Below, piece by piece: positions 1-10,573 of a stretch of 52,389 bases of DNA. The stretch lies in contig JBMORA010000057.1 in assembly GCA_049320885.1 (NCBI GenBank), positions 1-52,389 of the forward strand. The letters run 5' to 3'. The translations under genes and the position numbers were made by a program. Each line of letters opens with the position of its first letter. Position 1 is the first letter of the stretch. The notes beneath the pieces were generated by a model. It saw only the letters and a program-made list of their open reading frames with translations, was not told the DNA's origin and did no database searches. Source of the stretch: Thermodesulfobacteriota bacterium (GTDB lineage: Bacteria; Desulfobacterota; Desulfobacteria; Desulfobacterales; SURF-7).

Positions 1-144
1 GGTTCCAAAAGCCGAAAAACTGATAAATTTTTAAAATCTTTAATCGGAAAAAATATTTTCGTTAATATAGATAAATATATTTATATGTTACACGGTTTTT
101 AAAAAAGTTAACCGGACAGCAATGAAAAAAAATATATCGGTAGA

Positions 145-792
145 ATGGCAACCTATTTATTGAAAATCTATCTCTACCTGCTTGCAAGAATTACTCGATT
201 GCATGATCGCATCATAAAATTCAACCGCAGGAAACTGTTTTCGAATATCGCCCTGCTGGATCCAAGCGTATTCCTTTTCGCAGAAACCTCGATCATCAAT
301 TCCCTGGGGAAAAAAGAAGCGATTAGCGTTGGTAAGAACTCGGTAATCAGAGGAGAACTGTTTGTTTTTGCCCATGGCGGCCGGATTGAAATCGGTGAAG
401 ATTGTTTTATCGGTGAAGGCACCAGGATATGGTCCACCGAATCCATCCATATCGGTGACAGGGTTCAAATCGCCCATAATGTCAACATTCTTGATAATAA
501 TTCCCACTCACTCGACCCGTCAATTCGCTATCGGCATTACCGACAGATCATGACATCAGGTCATCCGAAAACCAACACCTTCGATATGCAATCCGCCCCG
601 GTTGTCATTGGAAGCGATGCCTGGATTGGATTCAATTCAATTATCTTGAAAGGGGTTACCATCGGGAAAGGTGCGATTGTCGCCGCCGGTTCGGTTGTCA
701 CCAAAAATGTACCGGAGTTTGCCATCGTTGCCGGGAATCCGGCTGCCGTTGTCAAGACGATGGAAATGAATCCATCCCGGAGGGGCTCCTGA
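145..792 (+). CDS. Hexapeptide-repeat (left-handed beta-helix) O-acetyltransferase
   Basis: Hexapeptide repeats ([22 protein letters not shown]) and the C-terminal [10 protein letters not shown]...[22 protein letters not shown]...VAGNPA signature of the maltose/galactoside acetyltransferase family. Confidence 0.9.
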   Translation: MATYLLKIYLYLLARITRLHDRIIKFNRRKLFSNIALLDPSVFLFAETSIINSLGKKEAISVGKNSVIRGELFVFAHGGRIEIGEDCFIGEGTRIWSTESIHIGDRVQIAHNVNILDNNSHSLDPSIRYRHYRQIMTSGHPKTNTFDMQSAPVVIGSDAWIGFNSIILKGVTIGKGAIVAAGSVVTKNVPEFAIVAGNPAAVVKTMEMNPSRRGS

Positions 793-1385
793 TGAAACTG
801 ATTCGTTACACAGCGGCAATCCTCCGCAAGCTGTTGGCGGTAATCGAGAATCATGCAATCCATAAGACCCCCGCGGGTCTTTCCGTCCACCCCCGGTCTT
901 CTGTCAATGTCAAACGAATTATCATGAAGGAGCATTGTCTAATAGATATAGACGAGGACAGTCAAATCGACGGCGGTATCCTGTTCGACCGGGAAAAAGC
1001 CCGGGTGTCCATAGGAAAACGTGTTTTCATGAACGGGACACTCATTTCCGCCCAACGTATCCGCATCGGTGATGATGTCCTGATCGCCTGGGGTGTAACG
1101 GTTGTGGATCATGACTCCCATGCCCTGTCCTTTTCAAAACGGGCAAAAGATGTAATCGAATGGCGCAAAGGAAGAAAAGACTGGACCCATGTGAAAATCG
1201 GACCCGTCGTCATCTCCGACAAAGCCTGGATTGGATTCGATGCAATCATTCTGGAAGGCGTAACGATTGGTGAAGGCGCCGTGGTGGCTGCCGGCGCCGT
1301 GGTTACGAAAGATGTCCCCCCATGGACCGTTGTTGCCGGAAACCCGGCGCGAATCATCCGCGATATTCCGGAAAATGATCGTTGA
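792..1385 (+). CDS. Hexapeptide-repeat O-acetyltransferase (tandem paralog)
   Basis: Same signature ([10 protein letters not shown]...[34 protein letters not shown]); TGATG stop/start overlap with the previous gene. Confidence 0.9.
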   Translation: MKLIRYTAAILRKLLAVIENHAIHKTPAGLSVHPRSSVNVKRIIMKEHCLIDIDEDSQIDGGILFDREKARVSIGKRVFMNGTLISAQRIRIGDDVLIAWGVTVVDHDSHALSFSKRAKDVIEWRKGRKDWTHVKIGPVVISDKAWIGFDAIILEGVTIGEGAVVAAGAVVTKDVPPWTVVAGNPARIIRDIPENDR

Positions 1386-1436
1386 TCATCCCAAAAACTG
1401 CCTCCGGATGACTTTTCGATTTTTTGGTGGGTAGAA

Positions 1437-2366
1437 ATGACAAACAAAAACAAAACAGTCCTCATCACCGGTGTTTGCGGCTTCATCGGGCGATATGTTG
1501 CGCGCCATTTTTCAAAGGCGGGCTGGCGATGCGTCGGCATTGACATCGCCGCATCGGAGAATGCCCCCAGCTCTTATCTATCTTCCTATCACAGCATGAG
1601 CTTGCCTTATCCGGGCCTGGGACCTTTTCTGAAAGACCAAAAACCCGATGTCTGCATCCATTGCGCAGGACGGGCCTCGGTGGGCTTTTCTAAAATCGAG
1701 CCGGCGGATGATTTCTACAACGGACCGGTGATGACCTTTGAATTATTGAATGCGATCCGCACGAACGCACCGGAATGCCGCTTCCTCTTTTTATCAAGCG
1801 CCGCCATCTATGGGAATCCGTCCTGGTTGCCGGTCAGTGAAGTGCATCCTCCGGCGCCCATCTCGCCTTACGGGTTTCATAAACTGCAATGCGAACAGAT
1901 TTGCCGGGAATTTGCTGAAATATACCATATGAAGACCGCCGGCATCCGCATTTTTTCCGCCTATGGCCAGGGACTGCGGCGGCAGGTGCTCTGGGATATC
2001 TGCCAGAAAGCCCTTTCAGGAAATGTAGTCCGGTTGCAGGGCACCGGCCGGGAAAGCCGGGATTTCATTCATGCAGCCGATATCGCCCGGGCGATGATGG
2101 TGATTGCCGAGGCGGCGGATATGCGCGGCGAGGCGTATAATCTTGCCGCCGGAATTGAAACAACCATCAAGGAACTGGCGTATATGATCAAGTCCGCGCT
2201 GAACTGGGACGGCGAGATTCAGTTCGAAGGCACCCTGCCCCCCGGTACGCCGGTGAACTGGCGGGCGGATATCACCAAGCTGTCATCTCTCGGATTTGAT
2301 CCTGAAATCGATATCAAGGATGGTGTTCATCAGTTTGCCGACTGGTGCCGGACGGAATATATATGA
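1437..2366 (+). CDS. NAD-dependent sugar-nucleotide epimerase/dehydratase (extended SDR)
   Basis: GxxGxxG (TGVCGFIG), SSAAIYG, YxxxK (YGFHK), RDFIH. Confidence 0.9.
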   Translation: MTNKNKTVLITGVCGFIGRYVARHFSKAGWRCVGIDIAASENAPSSYLSSYHSMSLPYPGLGPFLKDQKPDVCIHCAGRASVGFSKIEPADDFYNGPVMTFELLNAIRTNAPECRFLFLSSAAIYGNPSWLPVSEVHPPAPISPYGFHKLQCEQICREFAEIYHMKTAGIRIFSAYGQGLRRQVLWDICQKALSGNVVRLQGTGRESRDFIHAADIARAMMVIAEAADMRGEAYNLAAGIETTIKELAYMIKSALNWDGEIQFEGTLPPGTPVNWRADITKLSSLGFDPEIDIKDGVHQFADWCRTEYI

Positions 2367-3559
2367 GCCCGCAAAATCCATTCCGTATCGCCTTGCGTGT
2401 AGTGGGTGGACAGTCCTGGATAGCCGGGGTTGAATATATCAAAAACATCGTTGCGGCAATCTCCAGCCTGCCGGAAGAGCGCCGTTCCGGCATCCAGCTC
2501 AATCTGATCTGCACCCGGGAGATCAATCAAAACCTGTTTCAGCAGATGCAGCCCCATCTGCACCAAGTTTTCTTCGAGGAGGATGACTTTCCCCGGCCGA
2601 CGGTGATGAACCGTTTATCCTGGCTGATTTCCAGCAGGATTTTTCAGAATTTGAACCCGAGAATGAATCAATTTTTGAGTTCCCGGCGTTTTGACTTTGT
2701 GTATCCCTATTTCTCACCCTATTGCGCAAGAAAAAAAATTCGATCCGCCGCCTGGATACCGGACTTCCAGCACAAACATTTCAAAACGTTTTTCCCGGCG
2801 TCGGAACTGAAAGCGCGGGATGCCTATTTCAACAAGATGGTTCGGCATGCGACGCTGGTGATTCTGAGCAGTCAAGCCACGGCAGAGGAATTTGCCGCTT
2901 TCTTCCCGAATGCGGCGCATAAGGCAAGGGTTTTGCCATTTCGGACCGTCGCGCCCCCGGAATGGTTCGCCGAAGACCCTGTCCGGTTCCAACAACAATA
3001 CAACCTGCCCGATCGGTTTATCATCGTCTGCAACCAGTTCTGGCAGCACAAAAACCATTTGGCCGTATTCGAGGCCCTGCACAAACTGAAAACCGAAGGC
3101 ATAACCCCGGCCGTCGTTTGCACCGGCCATATTCATGACTACCGGCAACCACAGTTTTCCGATACGATTCTCCAGACCATCCACCGGCTGGGCCTTGCCC
3201 GCCAGGTCTATCTGCTGGGATTGATTCCACGACTGGACCAGATCCAATTGATGCGGAGATCGGCTTTCGTTCTGCAACCCTCCCTGTTTGAAGGCTGGAG
3301 CACGGTCGTTGAAGACGCCAGAGCGCTTGGGAAACCCCTGCTGCTCTCCGATATCCCGGTGCATGTGGAGCAAAATCCGCCTGATTCCATTTATTTTGAT
3401 AAAAACAGCATAGAAAATCTGGCAAAACAAATTGCAAAATGCTGGGAAGATTTTCCAGCCGGTCCCTCGGGTGATTCAGAGCAAGCCGCCCAAAAGAAAA
3501 GCCGCGAAGAAATAACGGTTTTCGGTACGCAGTTTCTGAAAATAGCAACCCAAAATTGA
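2363..3559 (+). CDS. GT4 family glycosyltransferase
   Basis: IPDFQH, HKNH, PSLFEGWSTVVEDA (EX7E-like) motifs. Start taken at ATG 2363 (ATGA overlap with the upstream stop). Confidence 0.88.
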   Translation: MSPQNPFRIALRVVGGQSWIAGVEYIKNIVAAISSLPEERRSGIQLNLICTREINQNLFQQMQPHLHQVFFEEDDFPRPTVMNRLSWLISSRIFQNLNPRMNQFLSSRRFDFVYPYFSPYCARKKIRSAAWIPDFQHKHFKTFFPASELKARDAYFNKMVRHATLVILSSQATAEEFAAFFPNAAHKARVLPFRTVAPPEWFAEDPVRFQQQYNLPDRFIIVCNQFWQHKNHLAVFEALHKLKTEGITPAVVCTGHIHDYRQPQFSDTILQTIHRLGLARQVYLLGLIPRLDQIQLMRRSAFVLQPSLFEGWSTVVEDARALGKPLLLSDIPVHVEQNPPDSIYFDKNSIENLAKQIAKCWEDFPAGPSGDSEQAAQKKSREEITVFGTQFLKIATQN

Positions 3560-3587
3560 TGAAATGGGTAAAAGTCCTTTTTCCGTC

Positions 3588-3607
3588 GCTCCCGCGAAAG
3601 CGGGAGC
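3588..3607. repeat. REP-like intergenic palindrome
   Basis: GCTCCCGC-GAAA-GCGGGAGC: perfect 8-bp stem with a GNRA loop and no following T-run; resembles the widespread TTCCCGCGAAAGCGGGAA-type extragenic palindromes. Confidence 0.55.
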
Positions 3608-3645
3608 CCAGAATATATCGTATTTTCTGAGACAACTCGCCATTC

Positions 3646-4398
3646 ATGAACCATTTACTGGATATCATCACCATCACGAAAGATGATCTTGACGGCGTCG
3701 CCGCCACGGTGGCGAGCACCGACAGGCTCAGGCGGTTTCCCGGCTGCGGTCAGATCGTCATCGACGGCAGTTCCGAAGGAGTCCGGGAGCGGGTGGGACT
3801 CCTGGCGGCCGGCGGATCGAATCTGGAATATTGCCGGCAACCGCCCGCCGGTATTTCCGCCGCGTTCAACGAAGGACTCCGGCGCTCCAGCGCGGAATGG
3901 ATCTGGTTTCTCAACGGCGGCGACACGGTCCATCCCGGGATTTCACCGGAACTGCTGTTACCTCTGCTTGAAAACAGCACCGCCGACGCCATGATCTTTA
4001 AAATCGAGTTTCTGGAAACCGGCAAGATCCCCGACCATCCCCCGCTTTGGCTGCGATGGCCGCCGGTCTGGTCCTGGATCCCCCACCCGGCCGCCATCGT
4101 TCGCCGGAACCTGTTGACGCGTTTCGGCGCTTTTGATGAATCCTACCGCATCGCCATGGATTATGAATTCTGGTTCCGGGCTTTTGCGGGAAACGCGGTG
4201 GTGGACACCATTTCCATCCCCCTCAGCCGGTTCACGATGAACGGATTATCGGATTCCCAATGGCCCCAGACCTGCGCCGAGGCCGCACGCGTCATCCGCG
4301 GCAATCTCCGGCCGCTGCTTAAAATCTGGTTGCGGAACGGCGCTTCCATTTTCAGCGCCTGGCTTCATTATTACAGACAATCCAGCCGGCGCTGGTAA
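3646..4398 (+). CDS. GT2 family glycosyltransferase (WcaE-like)
   Basis: IDGSS, GISAAFNEG, WFLNGGD, HPAA, FDESYRIAMDYEFW motifs. Confidence 0.85.
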   Translation: MNHLLDIITITKDDLDGVAATVASTDRLRRFPGCGQIVIDGSSEGVRERVGLLAAGGSNLEYCRQPPAGISAAFNEGLRRSSAEWIWFLNGGDTVHPGISPELLLPLLENSTADAMIFKIEFLETGKIPDHPPLWLRWPPVWSWIPHPAAIVRRNLLTRFGAFDESYRIAMDYEFWFRAFAGNAVVDTISIPLSRFTMNGLSDSQWPQTCAEAARVIRGNLRPLLKIWLRNGASIFSAWLHYYRQSSRRW

Positions 4399-4414
4399 CA
4401 ATCCGGAATGAAAA

Positions 4415-5323
4415 ATGCCGCTGCTTGACGACTCTCATCGGCAGATCGCCAAAAACAAGGAAATTCACGACCGCATCGCCTCGCAATATGATGCCGCGCA
4501 CCCGGAGATTTATAATCCCACGGAACAGACGCGCATCCATGCCGGACTTGCAAATGCGATCTCCCTGATTCAAACCGGGGCGAAAACGCCGGTGGTGATG
4601 GATTTCGGCGCCGGCACGGGCAACCTCACCAACCACCTGCTGGATCTGGGAGTGCGGGTCCTCGCCGCGGATGTTTCCCAGGGGTCGTTGGATCTCCTGA
4701 AAGAAAAGCTCGGCCATCCCGCCGGGCTCCAAACCGCATTATTGAACGGCCGCGATCTCGCCGGGTTCGGCGATCAAACCGTCGATATGCTGGCGACCTA
4801 CTCGGTGTTGCATCATGTTCCCGATTATCTCGCCATCATCAGCGAATTTGTCCGGGTGGTCAAACCGGGCGGAATCATTCTGATCGATCATGAGGTCTGC
4901 CCTGCCTACTGGGAGCAATCGCCGGAGTACCTGTCGTACCTGAATGAACTGGGAGGAAATTTTCTCAACACCTATGGCATCGTCACCGGTACCCCGCTGG
5001 TGGACCGGCTGCCCCTTCCTCCAACGGCAATCCGAATCCTGCGCACCCTGTATCGAACAACAACCGGCATATCCGGCCGTGTGTTGGAGATGACGCGTCT
5101 CCGCAAGCACCGTCCTGGAGGCGGCGGCGATATTCACATTTTCCAGCACGATCATATCGAATGGGACAGGATTTCAACGCAATTGGCGGGACCGTGTGAG
5201 ATTGTCCGGGAAGAGGATTATCTGGTCTGTCGTGAAACCGACCCGAATCCGCCTGTCTGGCACCGATGGCGGCAGCGCTGCTCCGATATGCGCTCTGTCA
5301 CGGCGCGGAGAATTTCCTCCTAA
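4415..5323 (+). CDS. Class I SAM-dependent methyltransferase
   Basis: MDFGAGTG motif I, ADVS, SVLHHVPD, VKPGG. Confidence 0.9.
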   Translation: MPLLDDSHRQIAKNKEIHDRIASQYDAAHPEIYNPTEQTRIHAGLANAISLIQTGAKTPVVMDFGAGTGNLTNHLLDLGVRVLAADVSQGSLDLLKEKLGHPAGLQTALLNGRDLAGFGDQTVDMLATYSVLHHVPDYLAIISEFVRVVKPGGIILIDHEVCPAYWEQSPEYLSYLNELGGNFLNTYGIVTGTPLVDRLPLPPTAIRILRTLYRTTTGISGRVLEMTRLRKHRPGGGGDIHIFQHDHIEWDRISTQLAGPCEIVREEDYLVCRETDPNPPVWHRWRQRCSDMRSVTARRISS

Positions 5324-5338
5324 AACCAGTATTGATTA

Positions 5339-6634
5339 ATGCCACAACCGCCCATGCCGGATAGTTCCCTTACAGCGCGGTCGCTCACCGTGGCGCATTT
5401 CAGCACCTATGAAACCATGGGCGGAGCCGCCATCGCCGCACGGAGAATTCATCGAAACCTCCGCAATGCCGGTGTGGCTTCGACCCTCTATGTCGCCCAG
5501 AAGACTTCCGCCGATACCTCCGTTCAGGCACTGCCGCCCCGTTTCCGGCGGTTTTTCATTTATGTCAGCAGGGATTTGGACAAACTGCCGTTGAAACGAT
5601 ATCCGGGATATACCAAAGGGTATTTTTCACCCGGCTGGCTCACCTCGGTCCTGGCGCCGGAAATCAACCGCCTGGGAGCAGATATCGTCCATCTGCACTG
5701 GATCAACCACGGGTATCTGAGCATTGACACCATCGGCAAGATCAGGTCCCCGGTTGTGTGGACTCTTCACGATTCATGGCCCTTCACCGGAGGTTGTCAT
5801 ATCCCGGCCGGTTGCGATAAGTATACCCTCAAATGCGGGGAGTGCCCCCTGTTGGGCAGTCATGGACGATCCGATTTGACCGCCCGTTGTCTGGAACGGA
5901 AAAAGCGCCGATGGGAAAAACTGAACCTGACCATTGTTGCGCCGAGTCGCTGGATGGCGAATTGCGCTTCCGCCAGCGCGTTGTTCCACGACAGGCCCGT
6001 CCGGGTGATTCCCCATGGTATCGATACGGAAACATTCAAGCCGCTGGACAAAGCAGAAGGCCGGAAGCGTTTTTCTCTACCCGAGCAGGCGTTCCTGATT
6101 CTTTTCGGCGCGTATAAAGCCACCAATGATCATAACAAGGGATTCGATCTGCTCCGCAAATCGCTGATCAGCCTGCAGCGGCAACATCCGGGAAAAAACA
6201 TGGAACTCATTGTATTCGGAACCGCCGGCGGCGGGGATTCCCCGGCGCTTCCGTTTCCATGCCGCCATCTGGGATACCTCGACGAAAAGACGCTGGCCCG
6301 GCTCTATCCGGCCGCCGATGTCATGCTGGTTCCGTCCCGGCAGGAATCCTTCTGCCAGACGGCCATCGAAGCCATGTCGTGTGGAACGCCGGTGGTGGCC
6401 TTTAACGCCACCGGCCCCAGGGACATCATCGATCATCTGCAAAACGGCTACCTGGCCGAACCTTATTCGACCGGTGATTTTGCCCACGGCATACAGTGGG
6501 TCATGAACCGGACGGATTCGTCGACAAGCCTCTCCCGCAGCGCCAGGGAAAAAGTCGAACGGTCGTTTTCGGAGACGGTGGTCCGCAAACGTTATCTGGA
6601 TTTATATTCGGAAATAGGGGACAACAGAATATGA
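5339..6634 (+). CDS. GT4 family glycosyltransferase (WcaC-like)
   Basis: GGAAIAA, DIVHLHWI, VWTLHDSWPFTGGCH, PSRQESFCQTAIEAMSCGTPVV. Confidence 0.9.
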   Translation: MPQPPMPDSSLTARSLTVAHFSTYETMGGAAIAARRIHRNLRNAGVASTLYVAQKTSADTSVQALPPRFRRFFIYVSRDLDKLPLKRYPGYTKGYFSPGWLTSVLAPEINRLGADIVHLHWINHGYLSIDTIGKIRSPVVWTLHDSWPFTGGCHIPAGCDKYTLKCGECPLLGSHGRSDLTARCLERKKRRWEKLNLTIVAPSRWMANCASASALFHDRPVRVIPHGIDTETFKPLDKAEGRKRFSLPEQAFLILFGAYKATNDHNKGFDLLRKSLISLQRQHPGKNMELIVFGTAGGGDSPALPFPCRHLGYLDEKTLARLYPAADVMLVPSRQESFCQTAIEAMSCGTPVVAFNATGPRDIIDHLQNGYLAEPYSTGDFAHGIQWVMNRTDSSTSLSRSAREKVERSFSETVVRKRYLDLYSEIGDNRI

Positions 6635-7530
6635 AACCATTTCCCGTGCAGTTGATTCCCAATTTCATGCTGGAAATCCTTTTCCGCTTTCAGGCGGGAA
6701 GCATTCATTTCCGGAATTTTGATCGAAAACCGCCGATCCTGATCTACCAGATGGGCAAGGTCGGTTCTTCCACCGTGCATCATTCCCTGGAAAAAGCCGG
6801 CCTGGGCCGACCCATATATCATATTCACTTTCTGGACCGGGAACATATCGACGGCATCGTCCGGACGTATTACCGGACATCCGGCGTGCTGCGGCCGAAA
6901 CATCTCTTTATCAGTCTGGCGCTTGCCCCGAAGCTATCCGGGAAGCACGCCGGCCGCCTGAAGGTCATCACCCTTGTACGGGATCCCATCGCCAGAGCGC
7001 TGTCCGACGTCTTCGAAAACGCCGCCCTCTTCAACGGCGGCCGGTTGATTCAGGAGGGTCGCTTTCAGGAAACCGCCATCCGAAGCCACCTGGAGAACAC
7101 ACTGACTCGTTTTGACGAACGCACGGATTATGCCTGCACCTGGTTCGACAGGGAAATCCGGAAGGTTCTCCACCTGGATGTATACGCCTATCCCTTTGAC
7201 TATCAGGCAGGTTTTACCCTGATCCATAAAGACAAGGTGGATCTGCTGATCCTTCAATTGGAATCCCTATCCAAAACTTTTGAGCCGGCCATGGGCCGGT
7301 TCTTGAACACTACACGGCCGATCCCCCTCTTGAACACCAATACCGGTGAAGCGAAAGCCTATGCAAGCCAGTATCAACGGATGAAAGAGTCCTTCCGGTT
7401 GCCGGAAAATATTTGCCGGAAGATTTACGGTTCCAAATACTGCCGACATTTTTATAACCAAAACGCCATTGATCGTTTCATTCAAAAATGGAGCCGGCCC
7501 GATGGAGACCAAAATTCGCCCGGCTGCTGA
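6631..7530 (+). CDS. Sulfotransferase-like capsular polysaccharide synthesis protein
   Basis: IYQMGKVGSST (5'-PSB-like loop), LVRDPIARALS (3'-PB-like), C-terminal YGSKYCRHFY. Start moved to ATG 6631 (ATGA overlap). Confidence 0.7.
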   Translation: MKPFPVQLIPNFMLEILFRFQAGSIHFRNFDRKPPILIYQMGKVGSSTVHHSLEKAGLGRPIYHIHFLDREHIDGIVRTYYRTSGVLRPKHLFISLALAPKLSGKHAGRLKVITLVRDPIARALSDVFENAALFNGGRLIQEGRFQETAIRSHLENTLTRFDERTDYACTWFDREIRKVLHLDVYAYPFDYQAGFTLIHKDKVDLLILQLESLSKTFEPAMGRFLNTTRPIPLLNTNTGEAKAYASQYQRMKESFRLPENICRKIYGSKYCRHFYNQNAIDRFIQKWSRPDGDQNSPGC

Positions 7531-7573
7531 GGCTGGTTTTACAGCAACCATATCGGCGCACCGAACGGAACCC

Positions 7574-8428
7574 ATGCAAGCCCATCGATTCACCGTTATC
7601 ACTCCCTGTTACAATGCCGAAACCCATATCGAGACCACGCTCCGTTCGGTGCTTGAAAGCGAGGTTTTAAGCTGCGGGGACGTCGAGTTGGAATATATTG
7701 TCTGCGACGGCGGTTCCAGGGACGACACCATCCGGATTGTCGATGCCGCTTTTTCAAAAACTATCAGAAAAAATTGTTCCACGGAAATCATTTCCGAAAA
7801 AGACCGCGGCATGTACGATGCCATCGCCAAAGGATTGGCCATGGCCTCCGGCTCCATCATCACCTATATCAATGCCGGTGATTTTTTTTCTCCATACGCA
7901 TTGACCGTCGTAACCGATATCTTTCAGCGACAACCGGTTGAGTGGCTCACCGGCCTGTCGGTTTTATACAATGAAATGCGCCATATTACCGGCGTCTGGT
8001 TACCATATCGCTACCAAAGACGCCTGATCCGCGCCGGTTATTACGATCACCGGCGGCTTCCGTTCATCCAACAAGCCGGAACTTTCTGGTCGGCTGATTT
8101 GAACCGCCGACTGGATCTTGATCGACTGAAAGCCCTCCGTTATGCCGGGGATTTCTTATTATGGAAGACCTTTTCCTTTTTCGCCGATTTGTATATTATC
8201 GAAACTTGGCTGGCCGGCCACATGATTCACCGGAACCAGTTGTCCGCGGACATGTCCAGATACTACGCGGAGATGGATGCGCTCCGCAACCGGGCCACCT
8301 TTGCCGACCGCCTGCATGCCCATGCGGTAAAACCGCTCTGGTACCTGCCCAACGGCGCCAAGAAGATTCTGAACCGCAAAACGCTTTTCCGTTTCGACCC
8401 TCAACAACAGGAATACACCCTGACATGA
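7574..8428 (+). CDS. GT2 family glycosyltransferase
   Basis: TVITPCYN, DGGSRDDT, SEKDRGMYDAIAKG, YINAGD. Start uncertain (alternative ATG 7502). Confidence 0.88.
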   Translation: MQAHRFTVITPCYNAETHIETTLRSVLESEVLSCGDVELEYIVCDGGSRDDTIRIVDAAFSKTIRKNCSTEIISEKDRGMYDAIAKGLAMASGSIITYINAGDFFSPYALTVVTDIFQRQPVEWLTGLSVLYNEMRHITGVWLPYRYQRRLIRAGYYDHRRLPFIQQAGTFWSADLNRRLDLDRLKALRYAGDFLLWKTFSFFADLYIIETWLAGHMIHRNQLSADMSRYYAEMDALRNRATFADRLHAHAVKPLWYLPNGAKKILNRKTLFRFDPQQQEYTLT

Positions 8429-8440
8429 TCGTGCTTCCCC

Positions 8441-8466
8441 AATTCGTAATTCGTAATTCGTAATTC
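8441..8466. repeat. Heptamer tandem repeat (AATTCGT)x3.7
   Basis: aattcgt aattcgt aattcgt aattc in the intergenic gap; the same unit recurs at 32165. Confidence 0.8.
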
Positions 8467-8480
8467 CACATTGTCTTTAT

Positions 8481-9386
8481 ATGTATCTGGTCTCCATCAT
8501 AACTCCGTCCTTCAACCAGGGCCCCTATATCGAAGAAACCATCCGCAGCGTCCTTTCCCAGGACTATCCGCGGATCGAATACCGGGTGGTGGACGGTGGT
8601 TCCACGGACAACACTCTTCAAATTCTGGAGCGCTACAAAGACCGGCTGACTTTCGTTTCAGCAAAGGACCGGGGGCAGACCGACGCCCTTGCAGCTGGAT
8701 TTCGATCCGCCGCCGGCGACATCTTTTATTGGCTGAATTCCGACGACACCCTGCTGCCGGGAGCGGTTTCCAGGGTCATGGAAATGTTCAACGCACGACC
8801 GGAAACAGGCCTTGTCTACGGCCAGTCCCATTTCGTCGACAGCGCGGGGCGGATCATTGGACGCTATCCGGCCGAGCCGTTTGACCATAAGCGCCTGGCC
8901 ATGTTCGATTTCATTCCCCAGCCTTCGGCTTTTTTTCAACGCCGGGCATTTGAAGCCGTGAACGGCCTGGACCAACGCCTGATCTACGGGATGGATTACG
9001 ACCTCTGGATCAGGCTTACCGCACGCTTTTCGGCATGCTTTCTGCCGCAGTATTTGTCCACTTATCGCCTGCATCCTTCGTCCAAAACCGTCGACATGGG
9101 GCAGGCGCTGGCCAACAGCCGGGAAATCATGGAAATCGCCCATCGTCATTATGGCTGGGCGCCGGCTAACCGGGTGTACGGCTATTGCAGCCTCTGGCTG
9201 GGGAACCGGTTCAAACCATTCTCCAGACTGCCCAAGATGTTTTCGATTCCGGTCACCGCCGTCATCGCCGCCATCCAGTACCTCCGAATGAACAAGACCA
9301 TCCATGCGGCGGACCTCCGCCAGATCAACCGGGAATATATCCGGAAAATGGGTGTGGGGTGGAATGAGCTGTACCGGACGTATTAA
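8481..9386 (+). CDS. GT2 family glycosyltransferase
   Basis: VSIITPSFNQG, VDGGSTDNT, DRGQTDA, WLNSDD, MDYDLWIR. Confidence 0.92.
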   Translation: MYLVSIITPSFNQGPYIEETIRSVLSQDYPRIEYRVVDGGSTDNTLQILERYKDRLTFVSAKDRGQTDALAAGFRSAAGDIFYWLNSDDTLLPGAVSRVMEMFNARPETGLVYGQSHFVDSAGRIIGRYPAEPFDHKRLAMFDFIPQPSAFFQRRAFEAVNGLDQRLIYGMDYDLWIRLTARFSACFLPQYLSTYRLHPSSKTVDMGQALANSREIMEIAHRHYGWAPANRVYGYCSLWLGNRFKPFSRLPKMFSIPVTAVIAAIQYLRMNKTIHAADLRQINREYIRKMGVGWNELYRTY

Positions 9387-9427
9387 CCCCAGATATCCGT
9401 GTCATCCGTGATCAACTATAAGCGACA

Positions 9428-10573
9428 ATGAAAATTGCACACGTCATCGCCACCTTCCCTCCCTACCACGGTGGAATGGGCTATATCTGCTATCATAACG
9501 CCAGGGTACTGGCAGACCGGGGGCATGACGTCACGGTTTTTACCTTGGAACACGGCCGCCTGGGGTATGAAGCCGATCCCACGACGTTCCGGATCGAACG
9601 GATGAAACCTCTTTTGCTGTATGGTGATGCGGGTATGGTGCCCAGCCTGGTGTCCAAACTCACCACCTTTGACATGGTTCATCTGCATTATCCTTTTTTC
9701 GGCGGCGCGGAATATGTCTACTGGGGCTCAATTGTAAAAGGCAAGCCGTATTTTTTGACTTACCATATGGATGTCCATGGAGACACCCCATTGAAAAAAG
9801 CCGTGATTCGATGTTACGAGCCCCTGTTTCTGAAGCGAATCGTTCAACAGGCCGCCGGCATCTGCTCCCCGGGTATACCGTATCTGAAATCCACCAAAGC
9901 CGCTGCCTTCATCCCATGGCATCGGCATACCGATGTCATGTACGGTGGCGTCGATACCCAACTGTTCCAACCGACTGTAAAGAATCATGACATCATCCGG
10001 CAGCACCAACTGGAAGGAAAGACCGTTGTCCTGTTTGTGGGCAACCTGATACCGTTCAAGGGTCTTCATCTGCTCATCGAAGCCATCGGATCGATTCCCG
10101 AATCCTCCATTGTACTTTTAATCGTCGGCGGCGGGTATCACGAAGCCGAGTACCGGAATAAAGTAAACCGGAGCCGGCTTCAAGAACGGGTTATTTTTGC
10201 CGGTCCCCAGTCTCCCCAGGGACTATTGACGGCCTATTACAATATCGCCGATTTTCTAGTACTGCCGTCCACCCATTCCGAATCCTTCGGCCTGGTGGTC
10301 CTGGAAGCCATGGCTTCCGGCAAACCGGTGATCGTTTCGGCCCTTCCCGGTCCTTCCCAGCTGATCGACCCGGGAAAGGACGGCTATGCAGTACCCATCG
10401 GGGATGTAGAGGCCCTTTCAAAAGCGATCATGGAACTTGCCGGAGCGGAGAAGAGACGCAACAAAATGGGGGAAGCCGCGAGACGGAAAGTGCTATCGCA
10501 TTATTCCTGGGAACGAATCGGCGCACAACTAGAATCCGTCTATCGTGGCATTATTAGGAATTCAACTTCTTAG
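9428..10573 (+). CDS. GT4 family glycosyltransferase
   Basis: PPYHGGM, FVGNLIPFKG, LPSTHSESFGLVVLEAMASGKPVI. Confidence 0.92.
   Translation: MKIAHVIATFPPYHGGMGYICYHNARVLADRGHDVTVFTLEHGRLGYEADPTTFRIERMKPLLLYGDAGMVPSLVSKLTTFDMVHLHYPFFGGAEYVYWGSIVKGKPYFLTYHMDVHGDTPLKKAVIRCYEPLFLKRIVQQAAGICSPGIPYLKSTKAAAFIPWHRHTDVMYGGVDTQLFQPTVKNHDIIRQHQLEGKTVVLFVGNLIPFKGLHLLIEAIGSIPESSIVLLIVGGGYHEAEYRNKVNRSRLQERVIFAGPQSPQGLLTAYYNIADFLVLPSTHSESFGLVVLEAMASGKPVIVSALPGPSQLIDPGKDGYAVPIGDVEALSKAIMELAGAEKRRNKMGEAARRKVLSHYSWERIGAQLESVYRGIIRNSTS

Noticed and set aside
1..144. AT-rich stretch as a promoter or origin
   Set aside because: Truncated by the window edge; no convincing -35/-10 pair or DnaA-box cluster.
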